The translations under genes were made by a program, and so were the position numbers. This document shows positions 13,771-26,520 of a DNA stretch of 64,000 bases, piece after piece (positions within the stretch are counted from its first letter, which is position 1; each line of letters opens with the position of its first letter). The stretch lies in the NCBI GenBank assembly GCA_030248215.1, contig JASANG010000440.1, positions 248,001-312,000 of the forward strand, written 5' to 3'. Source of the stretch: Enoplolaimus lenunculus. Taxonomy: Eukaryota. Below the pieces are notes generated by a model, which was given only the letters and a program-made list of their open reading frames with translations, was not told the DNA's origin and ran no database searches.

Positions 13771-15524
13771 TTAAAGCATGTTTTGCGAGTATTACGATAC
13801 TTCAGGTTTTTAGAATTACACCGAAACGCAAGATTTTAATTTATGTAGTATCAAAGCTATAGTTTTCAACATTTATCTAGCTGTAGCACATTTTGCGCTT
13901 CGGAAGAAACATAATAAAAAACGCTGCAGAATACTTGACTTACCACTAGCTAAGTATATTTTCGCAGTCAACACGCAAACATTACACTGCGTAACAGCAC
14001 TAGCAGCTATAAACAGCACTAGCAGCTATAGGAAGTATTTGAAAAGCGTGATCAGAAAATTTACTACATTCTGACAAACATTGACAGATAAAAGCCTAAC
14101 TCATTGAAAAGAAGTCATTTTATAAATGTACTAAGAATTTTACTGCAGAAATTTTTGAAACCTAAGAAAAAACCAGTGCTGGAAGCAGAGCCGCAGCTAG
14201 AGGTGTAAAACTTTTCAGTTGTATCGTTTTCTCATTCGTCTGATACAGAACTGTCCAATTATATCATCTTCCTCGCGAAAACACCGAGCCGGCATGCGTT
14301 CACATTTGAAAAAACTTTGCTGTTCGATATTCTCTCAGTTGTCAAAATGCAGGGCAATCTCGTTTTCAAGCTTGCCCGAAACAGGTTGCTCAATTTTGCA
14401 GCTTTCCCAGTCAAAATACAAGGGTAACGTCCAAATATCAGTTTTTGTTTATGATACTTTTGGAACAATTTTGAGTAGTTATAGAATTTAGTCAATTAAA
14501 ACATAATTTCAGCTTAACTTTTCGCTTCAATTCCGGCCGCTAACGGCATATTTTACAGACCTTCTGCTCCGAAAAGTATATTTCAGCTCTGGTTGCACAA
14601 TGTTTGATTGCATACCTGCATCTTGTTCGCGTGATAATGGAAAGCAATTTAGCTTTTTGTCATTTATTGCAATGAAGTAAACACATAGCGTCCTGTTGTT
14701 GGTTGGTATTTCATGCAATTTGTTGCTGGAAGAGGTCAAGAGGAAAGGTTTTCTGAGCAATAGAACAGGAGACAATTTCTATAAGTGTCCGCATTTTTGT
14801 GCCCTCATAGTTTTGCCGCAAGAGGTCTGCATTGCAGCTCCGACTTTGGCTAAACATAAACTTCCGACTCCGATAAAATTTGTCTGAGAATCCGGCAAGT
14901 TCGGTAGTCAAAATTTTTTATTCTTTATAGCGGCTAAAAGCCATTCGAAGGTTGTTATAGTATACCTCAAACATTTTTCAAAACTTTACAGTTAATTTAA
15001 ATAAAACGATGAATGAACTTAAACGCATTTTGATTTATTTCCTATGTTAAACCCAAGTTGCGGTCGGACGTTTTTCACAACCGATTTTACGGTGCTGCTA
15101 TGCTATTGATGAAGTCTGTTGCGATCCGTCGCCGTCCGGCGTCCAAATTACTCACGTATGATACCATATAAACGACGATGACGAAATAATTTTGGAATCC
15201 TTTGATGACGTAGGTATGCGTTGCTTGAAAGCCTTGTTTATGCGAGAAATTTGCATTAATTAATTTCAGCTGAACCATTATATTATCTAAGAAACATTGC
15301 TGGGTCTTTTCGCGTGTAAAATTGATGTAAACTGGCATTCGTGTCATTTTAAACTTTTCCATACATTTTTATCGTAGACAAGAACGTTTAAGCCTTTAAT
15401 TCTTTTTTCCACCCATATTACTTTGAGGGAGGTATTTTGCATCACTCCAGTGTAATGTTAAGCTTGAGTTTCAGAATAATTTTTAGCTTATGCGTAGGCT
15501 TATTCCTCGCTATATGCTTAGCTA

Positions 15525-15964
15525 CTGTATTGACCCGAATAAGAGGGGGTAATAAGAGGGGGTTCCCATTTTGAGTCCGAATCAATAGGAGTCAGTATCC
15601 CTAATAGTCCGTAAGCGGATAGAGTCCCTAAACCCTAGTTAGAATCCATAAATATCAATTAACCCTAATTGTAGCGCAGAAATGACTCCAAGACCAAATA
15701 ACTTGACTTCCAAACTTTAAAGCGTACTTAAAATTTGAAAGTACATTCCTAAGTATAACCTTGTATTATCGCTCAATCTATTGACACAAGACAAATAAAC
15801 GTTTAATTCAACGGATAATTGCAGTACCCGATATATATCAGTAACGAAGGGCGGCGGAGCGTGGGTTAATAATAAATAACTGTCACTAACCGAATAACAA
15901 GGGGAGCAACCCTCTGGAGAGGCCAAACAAATATCAGTCCCCGCTCTTATTCGGGTTACTACAG
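15525..15964. mobile_element. TA-flanked MITE (Tc1/mariner/pogo-like)
   Basis: TIRs ctgtattgacccgaataagag ... ctcttattcgggttactacag, with TA on both sides; further copies at about 51327-51728 and a partial one at about 50145-50278. Confidence 0.7.
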
Positions 15965-16325
15965 TACAGACATAAGCTACACTGAACCTTATGCTTTGGC
16001 TTATAGGTTTAGTCATTGACTCATACACTTTAATCGGCACAACCAAATGATATATATTTTCTGAAACGCCATTTACGGCCTACAATCTGATACTAAATTT
16101 GGACCGTTCGTTTAGGTTTAGGCATAAGATTATGCTAATACTACTCGGTACTGTGCTGTCTGTTTATCTGTTTTACATACGAAAACCGCACACCGGTGCA
16201 TTTAGCTGCAATGATGCTCAAATTACGTATCGTCGGCGTTTCAGTTTCATTTAAATTACAAATATTAATAAAAAGCTTTCTGAGTAATTTTTACTGAAGT
16301 TCGATTTTATTGGCACCATTTTTGT

Positions 16326-19300
16326 TTACACATCCATCCATATTTCATGTCTGTTTTCTGCATTTGCTTGATCAATTTCTTTATTTAAGGCCAATGCTCG
16401 TTGGAAAGCACAATATAAATACAGCGCAGCGTCGTGATTTGCTTCTCGCATTGATCCGGTGGATCCTCGCCAAACGTTCCAAGCAGCTTCGTTCGTCAAG
16501 TGAGGAAACGCGGCAGCTTTGCCTTCGATCATTTCGTTCAAACTCAACTCATTCGGTGCAGCATCGCTGAAATATTTTGAAACATTAACGTTTTTCTTTC
16601 TGGAGTATCTTTGATTGCAGAAAAGTATTTTGAAAGATGCATTTTGATGCGCAAAACGAGCGTTAAAATAGCGTTTTATTTTTGCCACAATTTCCAAACG
16701 ATTTAATCACAATTTTGATTGGTTAATTTTTTCATTTATTTTCAGTTTTGACAAAGTTTGTCGACTTTTGTTTTTTTGTATCTTTCAACTTCGGTTGCAT
16801 CCTGGTTCGCGTAGTATTTGCAATGTTCTAAGTTGATGCTTCACCAAACATATATCATTTTCAAGTGCACAATAATGATATTTCGTAAGTTTTTTGAGAG
16901 ATAAAATACGTACTTTTATGAGACGTTTCAAAATTTAACTTGAGATTTTATACTAAAATTGAAAATTATACAAAAGATCAAAAATATGCTTTATTACTTT
17001 AAAATGGTAAATATTTTAGTGATGTGCGTTATATACTTGTTTTCGTCTGTAGACTTACTGACAGGGTGTAATCGGCTATCCGATACCGTTTCCGTTACTT
17101 TGATTATCTGGTTTACACCGTGGTTACTAAAACTACACTGCAAAAAATGGTTAGTCAAATTGACTCTCTCCGAAATAGGCTTTTTCTGACCACACAAACT
17201 GAGTCAAAATTTGACTCCGGTTGAGTCAAATTCAACTCAGTTTGGCTCTGGCGGAGTCGAATATTGACTCAGTTTGTGTAGTCAGGAAAAGCCTATTTCG
17301 GAGAGAGTCAACTTGACTCACTATTTTTTGCAGTGTACGCGTGGGAAAACTTGCTTGTATTTCAACTTTGTTTTTCGTTGTGTGTTTCTTTCCTGTGGTT
17401 CGTTCTCGAGCTTGTCTTTAAGGTTTCTAAAAACATAAGTCAGAATCATGCAGGGCTACGAAGCATACAACACCAAACATCTTAATGTTATTTATAGCCT
17501 AAGCCTAAGCTTAAGTAGCGTAAGCCTAAGAGAAAGTCTAACCTAACCTAAGCCTAAGCCTAACAGGCGGATCTAAAAATTTCCGACAGGGAGGGCAGGC
17601 TGGCAAATGTTATGAGACGCAAAACTTGTAAGGTAGGGTGAAAAATTGTAAGGAAGGACCTTACCATTTTATCGCACAAAAATTTTGCGGAAAAAATGTT
17701 TAGGCGTCATACACAATTGTATAGAACCATCAACAAAAAATTCAAGTTTAATGATTATTAATCTTTATCTCAGCGATGATCTTTCAACTTTTAAAGTATT
17801 TCAAGGTTTAACCTTTAGTGGTTTAAACTGCTCAAACTATAAACGTATAAGGCTTACTTATAATCAAGGTTAAAGTTGTAACCATTTGTAGGCATTGCAG
17901 CTTCATTTTCTAGCTTGTCCTTCAAGTTTCTAAATCAAGATATTTTGGGTTAGTTTAAAATAGCTGAAATCGTCTAACAAGGTTGCTAATAATTGTTGAA
18001 AAAATGAAAGTTTATTTTACCCTTTAAACAAAACCCAGAGATATAAACTGCCGTTATCCAGAGTTGAACAAACGTTCAGCATGAAATTTAAATTATATGT
18101 GTGACAACCTGTATGTCCGCAATAATCGTCCTACATTAAACCGTGAAAACTTTTATACTGTAGTTGCTCAAGCAGCTCAAACTATAACAAACAATACTTA
18201 CTTATAATCAAGATTAAAATTATAGCCATTTGTGGGGTTTGCGGCTTCCTTTTCCAGCTTGCTCTTCAAGTTTCTAAACTTAGAAAGGTTTGAATTAGCT
18301 CTACATGATTATAATTTTCTAGTCTATATTTCGAATAATTGTTGAAATAAAATGCACTTAATAATATTTTAAACAGAGTCGCACGTGTTCAATAGACTGT
18401 TATTGAAATCTGCAAAGAGCTATGTAATAGAAGTTCAAATTTAATGTGGGATGTGCATGTCCACACTAACCATTCTGCTTTTACAACGTGTGTGCTTTTA
18501 AGTTATAATGATGCATACTGTTCAAACTACAATAAATAACACTAACTTATAGTCAACGTTAAAGTTGTAACCATTTGTAGGCTGTGCAGCTTCATTTTTC
18601 AGTTTATCTTTCAAGTTTCTAAATCAAGATATTTTGAATCAGATGTACACCTGTCTACAATTTTATAACATTGATAACTTTTGCTAAATTGCTAAAGTAT
18701 AATGCAACATCAAAAATTTCACCAGAGATTGCTATAATGGTTGAAATGAAATTCAACTATCATTTATTTTAAACAAAACCCGGATGGACCAATAGGCGTC
18801 ATACAGAATGTACAGAACCATCAACAAAAAATTCAAGTTTAATGATTATAAATCTTTATGTCCGCGATGACCTTTCAACTTTTAAAGTATTTGAAGGTTT
18901 AACCTTTAGTGGTTTAAACTGCACAAACTATAAACCTATAATGCTTACTTATAATCAAGGTTAAAGTTGTAACCATTTGTAGGCATTGCAGCTTCATTTT
19001 CTAGCTTGTCCTTCAAGTTTCTAAATCAAGACAGTTTGGGTTAGTTTAAAATAGCTGAAATTTTCTAACAAGGTTGCTAATAATTGTTGAAAAAATGAGG
19101 GTTTATTTTACCATTTAAACAAGACTCAGAGATATAAACAGCCGTTATCCAGAGTTGAACAAACGTTCAGCAAGAAATTTAAATTTAATGTGTGATAACC
19201 TGTATGTCCGCAATAATCGTCCTACATTAAACCGTGGAAACTTTTATACTGTAGTTGCTCAAACAGCTCAAACTATAACAAACAATACTTACTTATAATC

Positions 19301-22300
19301 AAGATTAAAATTATAGCCATTTGTGGGGTTTGCGGCTTCCTTTTCCAGTTTGCTCTTCAAGTTCCTAAACTAAGAAACTTTGAATTAGCTTTACATGATT
19401 GTAATTTTCTAGTCTATATTTCAAATAATTGTTGAAATATAATGCACTTAATAATATTTTAAACAGAGCCACAAGAGTTCAATAATATTGTTGAAATCTG
19501 CAAAGAGCCATGTAATAGAAGTTCAAATTTAATGTGTAATGTGAATGTCCGCACTAACCATTCTACTTTTACAAGTCTGGGCTTTTAAGTTATAATGATG
19601 CATACTGTTCAAACTACAATAAATAACACTAACTTATAGTCAACGTTAAAGTTGTAACCATTTGTAGGCTTTGCAGCTTCATTTTTCAGTTTGTCTTTCA
19701 AGTTTCTAAACCAAAATATTTTGAATCAGTTTTTACACATGTCTACCATTTTCTAACATTGATAACTTTTGCTACATTGTTAAAGTATAATGCAATATCA
19801 AAAATTTCAACCAGACGTTGCTATAACGGTCGAAATGAAATGCAACTATCATTTATTTTAAACAAAACCTGGAGGGACCAATAGGCGTCATACAGAATTG
19901 CACAGAACTATGAACAAAAAATTCAAGTTTAATGATTATTAACCTCAATGTCCAAGATAATCTTTCAACTTTTAAAGTATTTGAACGTTTAACCTTTAGT
20001 GGTTTAAACTGATCAAACTATAAACCTATAAGGCTTACTTATAATCAAGGTTAAAGTTGTAACCATTTGTAGGCATTGCAGCTTCATTTTCTAGCTTGTC
20101 CTTCAAGTTTCTAAATCAAGACAGTTTGGGTTAGTTTAAAATAGCTGAAATCTTCTGACAAGGTTGCTAACAATTGTTGAAAAAATGAGGGTTTATTTCA
20201 CCCTTTAAACAAGACTCAGAGATATAAACAGCCGTTATCTATAGTTGAACAAACGTTCAGCTTGAAATTTAAATTTAATGTGTGATAACCTGCATGTCCG
20301 CAATGATCAACCTACATTAAACCGCGGAAACTTCTATACTGTAGTTGCTCAAGCAGCTCAAACTATAACCAACAATACTTACTTATAATCAAGATTAAAA
20401 TTATAGCCATTTGTGGGGTTTGCGGCTTCCTTTTCCAGTTTGCTCTTCAAGTTCCTAAACTAAGAAAGTTTGAATTAGCTTTACATGATTGTAATTTTCT
20501 AGTCTATATTTCAAATAATTGTTGAAATATAATGCACTTAATAATATTTTAAACAGAGCCACAAGAGTTCAATAATATTGTTGAAATCTGCAAAGAGCCA
20601 TGTAATAGAAGTTCAAATTTAATGTGTAATGTGAATGTCCGCACTAACCATTCTACTTTTACAAGTCTGGGCTTTTAAGTTATAATGATGCATACTGTTC
20701 AAACTACAATAAATAACACTAACTTATAGTCAACGTTAAAGTTGTAACCATTTGTAGGCTGTGCAGCTTCATTTTTCAGTTTATCTTTCAAGTTTCTAAA
20801 TCAAGATATTTTGAATCAGATGTACACATGTCTACAATTTTATAACATTGATAACTTTTGCTAAATTGCTAAAGTATAATGCAACATCAAAAATTTTACC
20901 AGAGATTGCTATAATGGTTGATATGAAATTCAACTATCATTTATTTTAAACAAAACCCGGATGGACCAATAGGCGTCATACAGAATGTACAGAACCATCA
21001 ACAAAAAATTCAAGTTTAATGATTATAAATCTTTATGTCCACGATGACCTTTCAACTTTTAAAGTATTTGAAGGTTTAACCTTTAGTGGTTTAAACTGCT
21101 CAAACTATAAACCAATAATGCTTACTTATAATCAAGGTTAAAGTTGTAACCATTTGTAGGCATTGCAGCTTCATTTTTCAGTTTGTCTTTCAAGTTTCTA
21201 AACCAGATATTATGAATCAGTTTTTACACATGTCTACAATTTTCTAACATTGATAACCTTTGCTTAATTGTTAAAGTATAATGCAACATCAAAAATTTCA
21301 ACCAGACGTTGCTATAACGGTTGAAATGAAATGCAACTATCATTTATTTTAAACAAAACCTGGAGTGACCAATAGGCGTCGTACAGAATTGTACAAAACC
21401 ATCAACAAAAATTCAAGTTTAATGATTATTAATCTTTATGTCCGCGATGATCTTTCAACTTTTAAAGTATTTGAAGGTTTAACCTTTAGTGGTTTAAACT
21501 GCTCAAACTATAAACCTCTAAGGCTTGCTTATAATCAAGGTTAAAGTTGTAACCATTTGTAGGCATTGCAGCTTCATTTTCTAGCTTGTCCTTCAAGCTT
21601 CTAAATCAAGACATTTGGGTTAGTTTAAAATAGCTGAAATTTTCTAACAAGGTTGCTAATAATTGTTGAAAAAATGCAAGTTTATTTTATCCTTTAAACA
21701 AAACCCAGAGATATAAACAGCTGTTATCCAGAGTTGAACAAACGTTCAACATGAAATTTAAATTTAATGTGTGGTAACCTGTATGTCCGCAATAATCGTC
21801 CTACATTAAACCGTGGAAACTTTTATACTGTAGTTGCTCAAGCAGCTCAAACTATAACAAACAATACTTACTTATAATCTAGATTAAAATTATAGCCATT
21901 TGTGGGGTTTGCGGCTTCCTTTTCCAGTTTGCTCTTCAAGTTTCTAAACTAAGAAAGTTTGAATTAGCTTTACATGATTGTAATTTTCTAGTGTATATTT
22001 AAAATAATTGTTGAAATAAAATGCACTTAATAATATTTTAAACACAGCCACATGAGTTCAATAGAGTGTTATGGAAATCTGCAAAGAGCCATGTAATAAA
22101 AGTTCAAATTTAATGTGGAATGTGAATGTCCGCACTAACCATTCTACTTTTACAACGTCTGTGCTTTTAAGTTATAATGAAGCATACTGTTCAAACTACA
22201 ATAAATAACACTAACTTATAGTCAACGTTAAAGTTGTAACCATTTGTAGGCTGTGCAGCTTCATTTTTCAGTTTATCTTTCAAGTTTCTAAATCAACATA

Positions 22301-25300
22301 TTTTGAATCAGATGTACACATGTCTACAATTTTATAACATTGATAACTTTTGCTAAATTGCTAAAGTATAATGCAACATCAAAAATTTCACGAGAGATTG
22401 CTATAATGGTTGAAATGAAATTCAACTATCATTTATTTTAAACAAAACCCGGATGGACCAATAGGCGTCATACAGAATGTACAGAACCATCAACAAAAAA
22501 TTCAAGTTTAATGATTATAAATCTTTATGTCCGCGATGACCTTTCAACTTTTAAAGTATTTGAAGGTTTAACCTTTAGTGGTTTAAACTGCTCAAACTAT
22601 AAACCTATAATGCTTACTTATAATCAAGGTTAAAGTTGTAACCATTTGTAGGCATTGCAGCTTCATTTTTCAGTTTGTCTTTCAAGTTTCTAAACCAAGA
22701 TATTATGAATCAGTTTTTACACATGTCTACAATTTTCTAACATTGATAACTTTTGCTTAATTGTTAAAGTATAATGCAACATCAAAAATTTCAACCAGAC
22801 GTTGCTATAACGGTTGAAATGAAATGCAACTATCATTTATTTTAAACAAAACCTGGAGTGACCAATAGGCGTCGTACAGAATTGTACAAAACCATCAACA
22901 AAAATTCAAGTTTAATGATTATTAATCTTTATATCCGCGATGATCTTTCAACTTTTAAAGGATTTGAAGGTTTAACCTTTAGTGGTTTAAACTGCTCAAA
23001 CTATAAACCTCTAAGGCTTGCTTATAATCAAGGTTAAAGTTGTAACCATTTGTAGGCATTGCAGCTTCATTTTCTAGCTTGTCCTTCAAGTTTCTAAATC
23101 AAGACATTTGGGTTAGTTTAAAATAGCTGAAATTTTCTAACAAGGTTGCTAATAATTGTTGAAAAAATGCAAGTTTATTTTATCCTTTAAACAAAACCCA
23201 GAGATATAAACAGCTGTTATCCAGAGTTGAACAAACGTTCAACATGAAATTTAAATTTAATGTGTGATAACCTGTATGTCCGCAATAATCGTCCTACATT
23301 AAACCGTGGAAACTTTTATACTGTAGTTGCTCAAGCAGCTCAAACTATAACAAACAATACTTACTTATAATCAAGATTAAAATTATAGCCATTTGTGGGG
23401 TTTGCGGCTTCCTTTTCCAGTTTGCTCTTCAAGTTTCTAAACTAAGAAAGTTTGAATTAGCTTTACATGATTGTAATTTTCTAGTCTATATTTCAAATAA
23501 TTGTTGAAATATAATGCACTTAAAAATATTTTAAACAGAGCCACAAGAGTTCAATAGTATTGTTGAAATCTGCAAAGAGCCATGTAATAGAAGTTCAAAT
23601 TTAATGTGTAATGTGAATGTCCGCACTAACCATTCTACTTTTACAACGTCTGTGCTTCTAAGTTATAATGAAGCATACTGTTCAAACTACAATAAATAAC
23701 ACTAACTTATAGTCAACGTTAAAGTTGTAACCATTTGTAGGCTTTGCAGCTTCATTTTTCAGTTTGTCTTTCAAGTTTCTAAACCAAAATATTTTGAATC
23801 AGTTTTTACACATGTCTACAATTTTCTAACATTGATAACTTTTGCTACATTGTTAAAGTATAATGCAATATCAAAAATTTCAACCAGACGTTGCTATAAC
23901 GGTCGAAATGAAATGCAACTATCATTTATTTTAAACAAAACCTGGAGGGACCAATAGGCGTCATACAGAATTGCACAGAACTATCAACAAAAAATTCAAG
24001 TTTAATGATTATTAACCTCAATGTCCAAGATAATCTTTCAACTTTTAAAGTGTTTGAAGGTTTAACCTTTAGTGGTTTAAACTGCTCAAACTATAAACGT
24101 ATAAGGCTTACTTATAATCAAGGTTAAAGTTGTACCCATTTGTAGGCATTGCAGCTTCATTTTCTAGCTTGTCCTTCAAGTTTCTAAATCAAGACAGTTT
24201 GGGTTAGTTTAAAATAGCTGAAATCTTCTAACAAGGTTGCTAACAATTGTTGAAAAAATGAGGGTTTATTTTACCCTTTAAACAAGACTCAGAGATATAA
24301 ACAGCCGTTATCTATAGTTGAACAAACGTTCAGCTTGAAATTTAAATTTAATGTGTGATAACCTGCATGTCCGCAATGATCGTCCTACATTAAACCGCGG
24401 AAACTTCTATACTGTAGTTGCTCAAGCAGCTCAAACTATAACCAACAATACTTACTTATAATCAAGATTAAAATTATAGCCATTTGTGGGGTTTGCGGCT
24501 TCCTTTTCCAGTTTGCTCTTCAAGTTTCTAAACTAAGAAAGTTTGAATTAGCTTTACATGATTGTAATTTTCTAGTCTATATTTCAAATAATTGTTGAAA
24601 TATAATGCACTTAAAAATATTTTAAACAGAGCCACAAGAGTTCAATAGTATTGTTGAAATCTGCAAAGAGCCATGTAATAGAAGTTCAAATTTAATGTGT
24701 AATGTGAATGTCCTCACTAACCATTCTACTTTTACAACGTCTGGGCTTTTAAGTTATAATGATGCATACTGTTCAAAAGACAATAAATAACACTAACTTA
24801 TAGTCAACGTTAAAGTTGTAACCATTTGTAGGCTTTGCAGCTTCATTTTTCAGTTTGTCTTTCAAGTTTCTAAACCAAAATATTATGAATCAGTTTTTAC
24901 ACATGTCTACAATTTTCTAACATTGATAACTTTTGCTTAATTGTTAAAGTATAATGCAACATCAAAAATTTCAACCAGACGTTGCTATAACGGTTGAAAT
25001 GAAATGCAACTATCATTTATTTTAAACAAAACCTGGAGTGACCAATAGGCGTCGTACAGAATTGTACAAAACCATCAACAAAAATTCAAGTTTAATGATT
25101 ATTAATCTTTATCTCCGCGATGATCTTTCAACTTTTAAAGTATTTGAAGGTTTAACCTTTAGTGGTTTAAACTGCTCAAACTATAAACCTCTAAGGCTTA
25201 CTTATAATCAAGGTTAAAGTTGTAACCATTTGTAGGCATTGCAGCTTCATTTTCTAGCTTGTCCTTCAAGTTTCTAAATCAAGACAGTTTGGGTTAGTTT

Positions 25301-26520
25301 AAAATATCTGAAATTTTCTAACAAGGTTGCTAATAATTGTTGAAATAGTGCAAGTTTGTTTTACACTTTAAACAAGTCCCAGAGATATAAACAGCCGTTA
25401 TCCAGAGTTGAACAAACGTTCAGCTTGAAATTTAGATTTAATATGTGATAACCTGTATGTCGGTGGTGGTCGTAGTACATTAAACCGTGAAAACTACTAT
25501 AGTGTAGTTGCTCAAGCTGACAAACTATAACAAACAATACTTACTTATAATCAAGATTAAAATTATAGCCGTTTGTGGGGTTTGCAGCTTCCTTTTCCAG
25601 CTCGTCTTTCAAGTTTCTGAAATAAGACAGATTATATGCCTGTAATTTTGTAGCATAGGTTTTAATACATGTTGAAAAAGAATGCAAGTTATAATGAATT
25701 TTAATGATCCAGAGGAGACCAATGGGCGCTATACATAGTTGTACAAAACCATTCGAAATTGAAGCAAGATGAATTAAGACTTCAAGTTTAACGCTTAAAA
25801 GTTTAGATTTAAAGTATTTTATGAATCAATTACACCTACTTTATATCCGGGTTAATGCTCAGTTGAAAAACTGGCATCTAAAACGAAAATTGGCAAAATT
25901 CAAACTAACTCAGTTTCAACTGATCCATAAACCAACGCCGGTTCTCGTATCGCCAGCGCTAAATATCGCAACATTTGCATCAAACCGTTTTGTTCTTCAT
26001 CCAACGCGCATGCGCAAACGTCAGGCGACGGTGGGTTCAGCTTAATTTGTTCGTTGTACAATTTTAGCGTTTGAGACCACATTTCACGCATATGCAAGCT
26101 GTGAACGAGGCGTTCAAGTGGCGAATAATTTTTCGCATCGTACATTCGATTATCCATATGGCTCAAGACCCAGTCGACGGCGTTCATCGCATCAGTTTTA
26201 AACGCTGGATTGGGATTGCCGAAAGGTGCATGCCGTAAAATAGGTGAGTTTGAAGTTAAATCAAAATCAATGGTAGGAATGTAGTTTTTGGGTCCGATCG
26301 CCGGTTCAAATCGACGCAAATCTTGAACTGTCATTGAATGAATGCAATGGCCAACGTTGGCAGAAAAGAAAAATGACGCATTTGCGGATTGCAACAAATT
26401 CTTGCATCGTTGTGTCTCTAAGCGAGATACTGCAGTCGGGTTGCAATATGCGAAATACAATACAACAAGCAATAATGTCTGCATGAACAGCGACGAAGTA
26501 ACAAAGTTGTAACGCATCAT
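16326..26520 (-). CDS. Secreted uncharacterised Cys/His-containing protein with a tandem array of 23 symmetric 72-nt exons; 835 aa if all are included
   Basis: Exon 1 is 26520-25910 (ATG, signal peptide, donor GA|GTTAGT, phase 2). The 72-nt phase-2 exons have + strand starts at 25545, 25202, 24798, 24456, 24112, 23707, 23365, 23022, 22618, 22216, 21872, 21529, 21126, 20724, 20383, 20039, 19634, 19293, 18949, 18547, 18202, 17858 and 17355. The last exon is 16566-16326 (TTTCAG acceptor, phase 2). Total 2508 nt with no internal stop. Confidence 0.85.
17136..17335. mobile_element. Palindromic MITE with CACTG ends (CMC/EnSpm-like), TA-flanked, in the last intron
   Basis: TIRs cactgcaaaaaat... and ...attttttgcagtg extend over about 80 bp; a partial copy lies at about 31586-31685. 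Confidence 0.75.
17690..25760. repeat. Higher-order tandem repeat: about 1.09-kb trimers of 340-405 bp monomers, each monomer being one exon plus one intron
   Basis: Exon spacings cycle through about 343/404/342 bp; a 1492-1493 bp tetramer is duplicated at about 20.7-23.4 kb. Confidence 0.95.

Noticed and set aside
14219..15362. Transposase relic or upstream exons of the zinc-finger gene
   Set aside because: Only short ORFs and one C-x-H-like motif; no C2H2 finger or catalytic motif could be recognised.
17690..25760. CRISPR-like array, pure non-coding satellite, or SL-RNA/5S gene cluster
   Set aside because: The context is eukaryotic and the spacers are themselves repeated. No spliced-leader plus Sm-site or 5S sequence was recognised. 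The conserved cores are bounded by splice sites and are in phase with the flanking ORFs.
25852..25902. TGA read-through or selenocysteine extension of the 219-aa ORF
   Set aside because: An in-frame TAA follows 16 codons later, and the donor at 25909 explains the continuation better.
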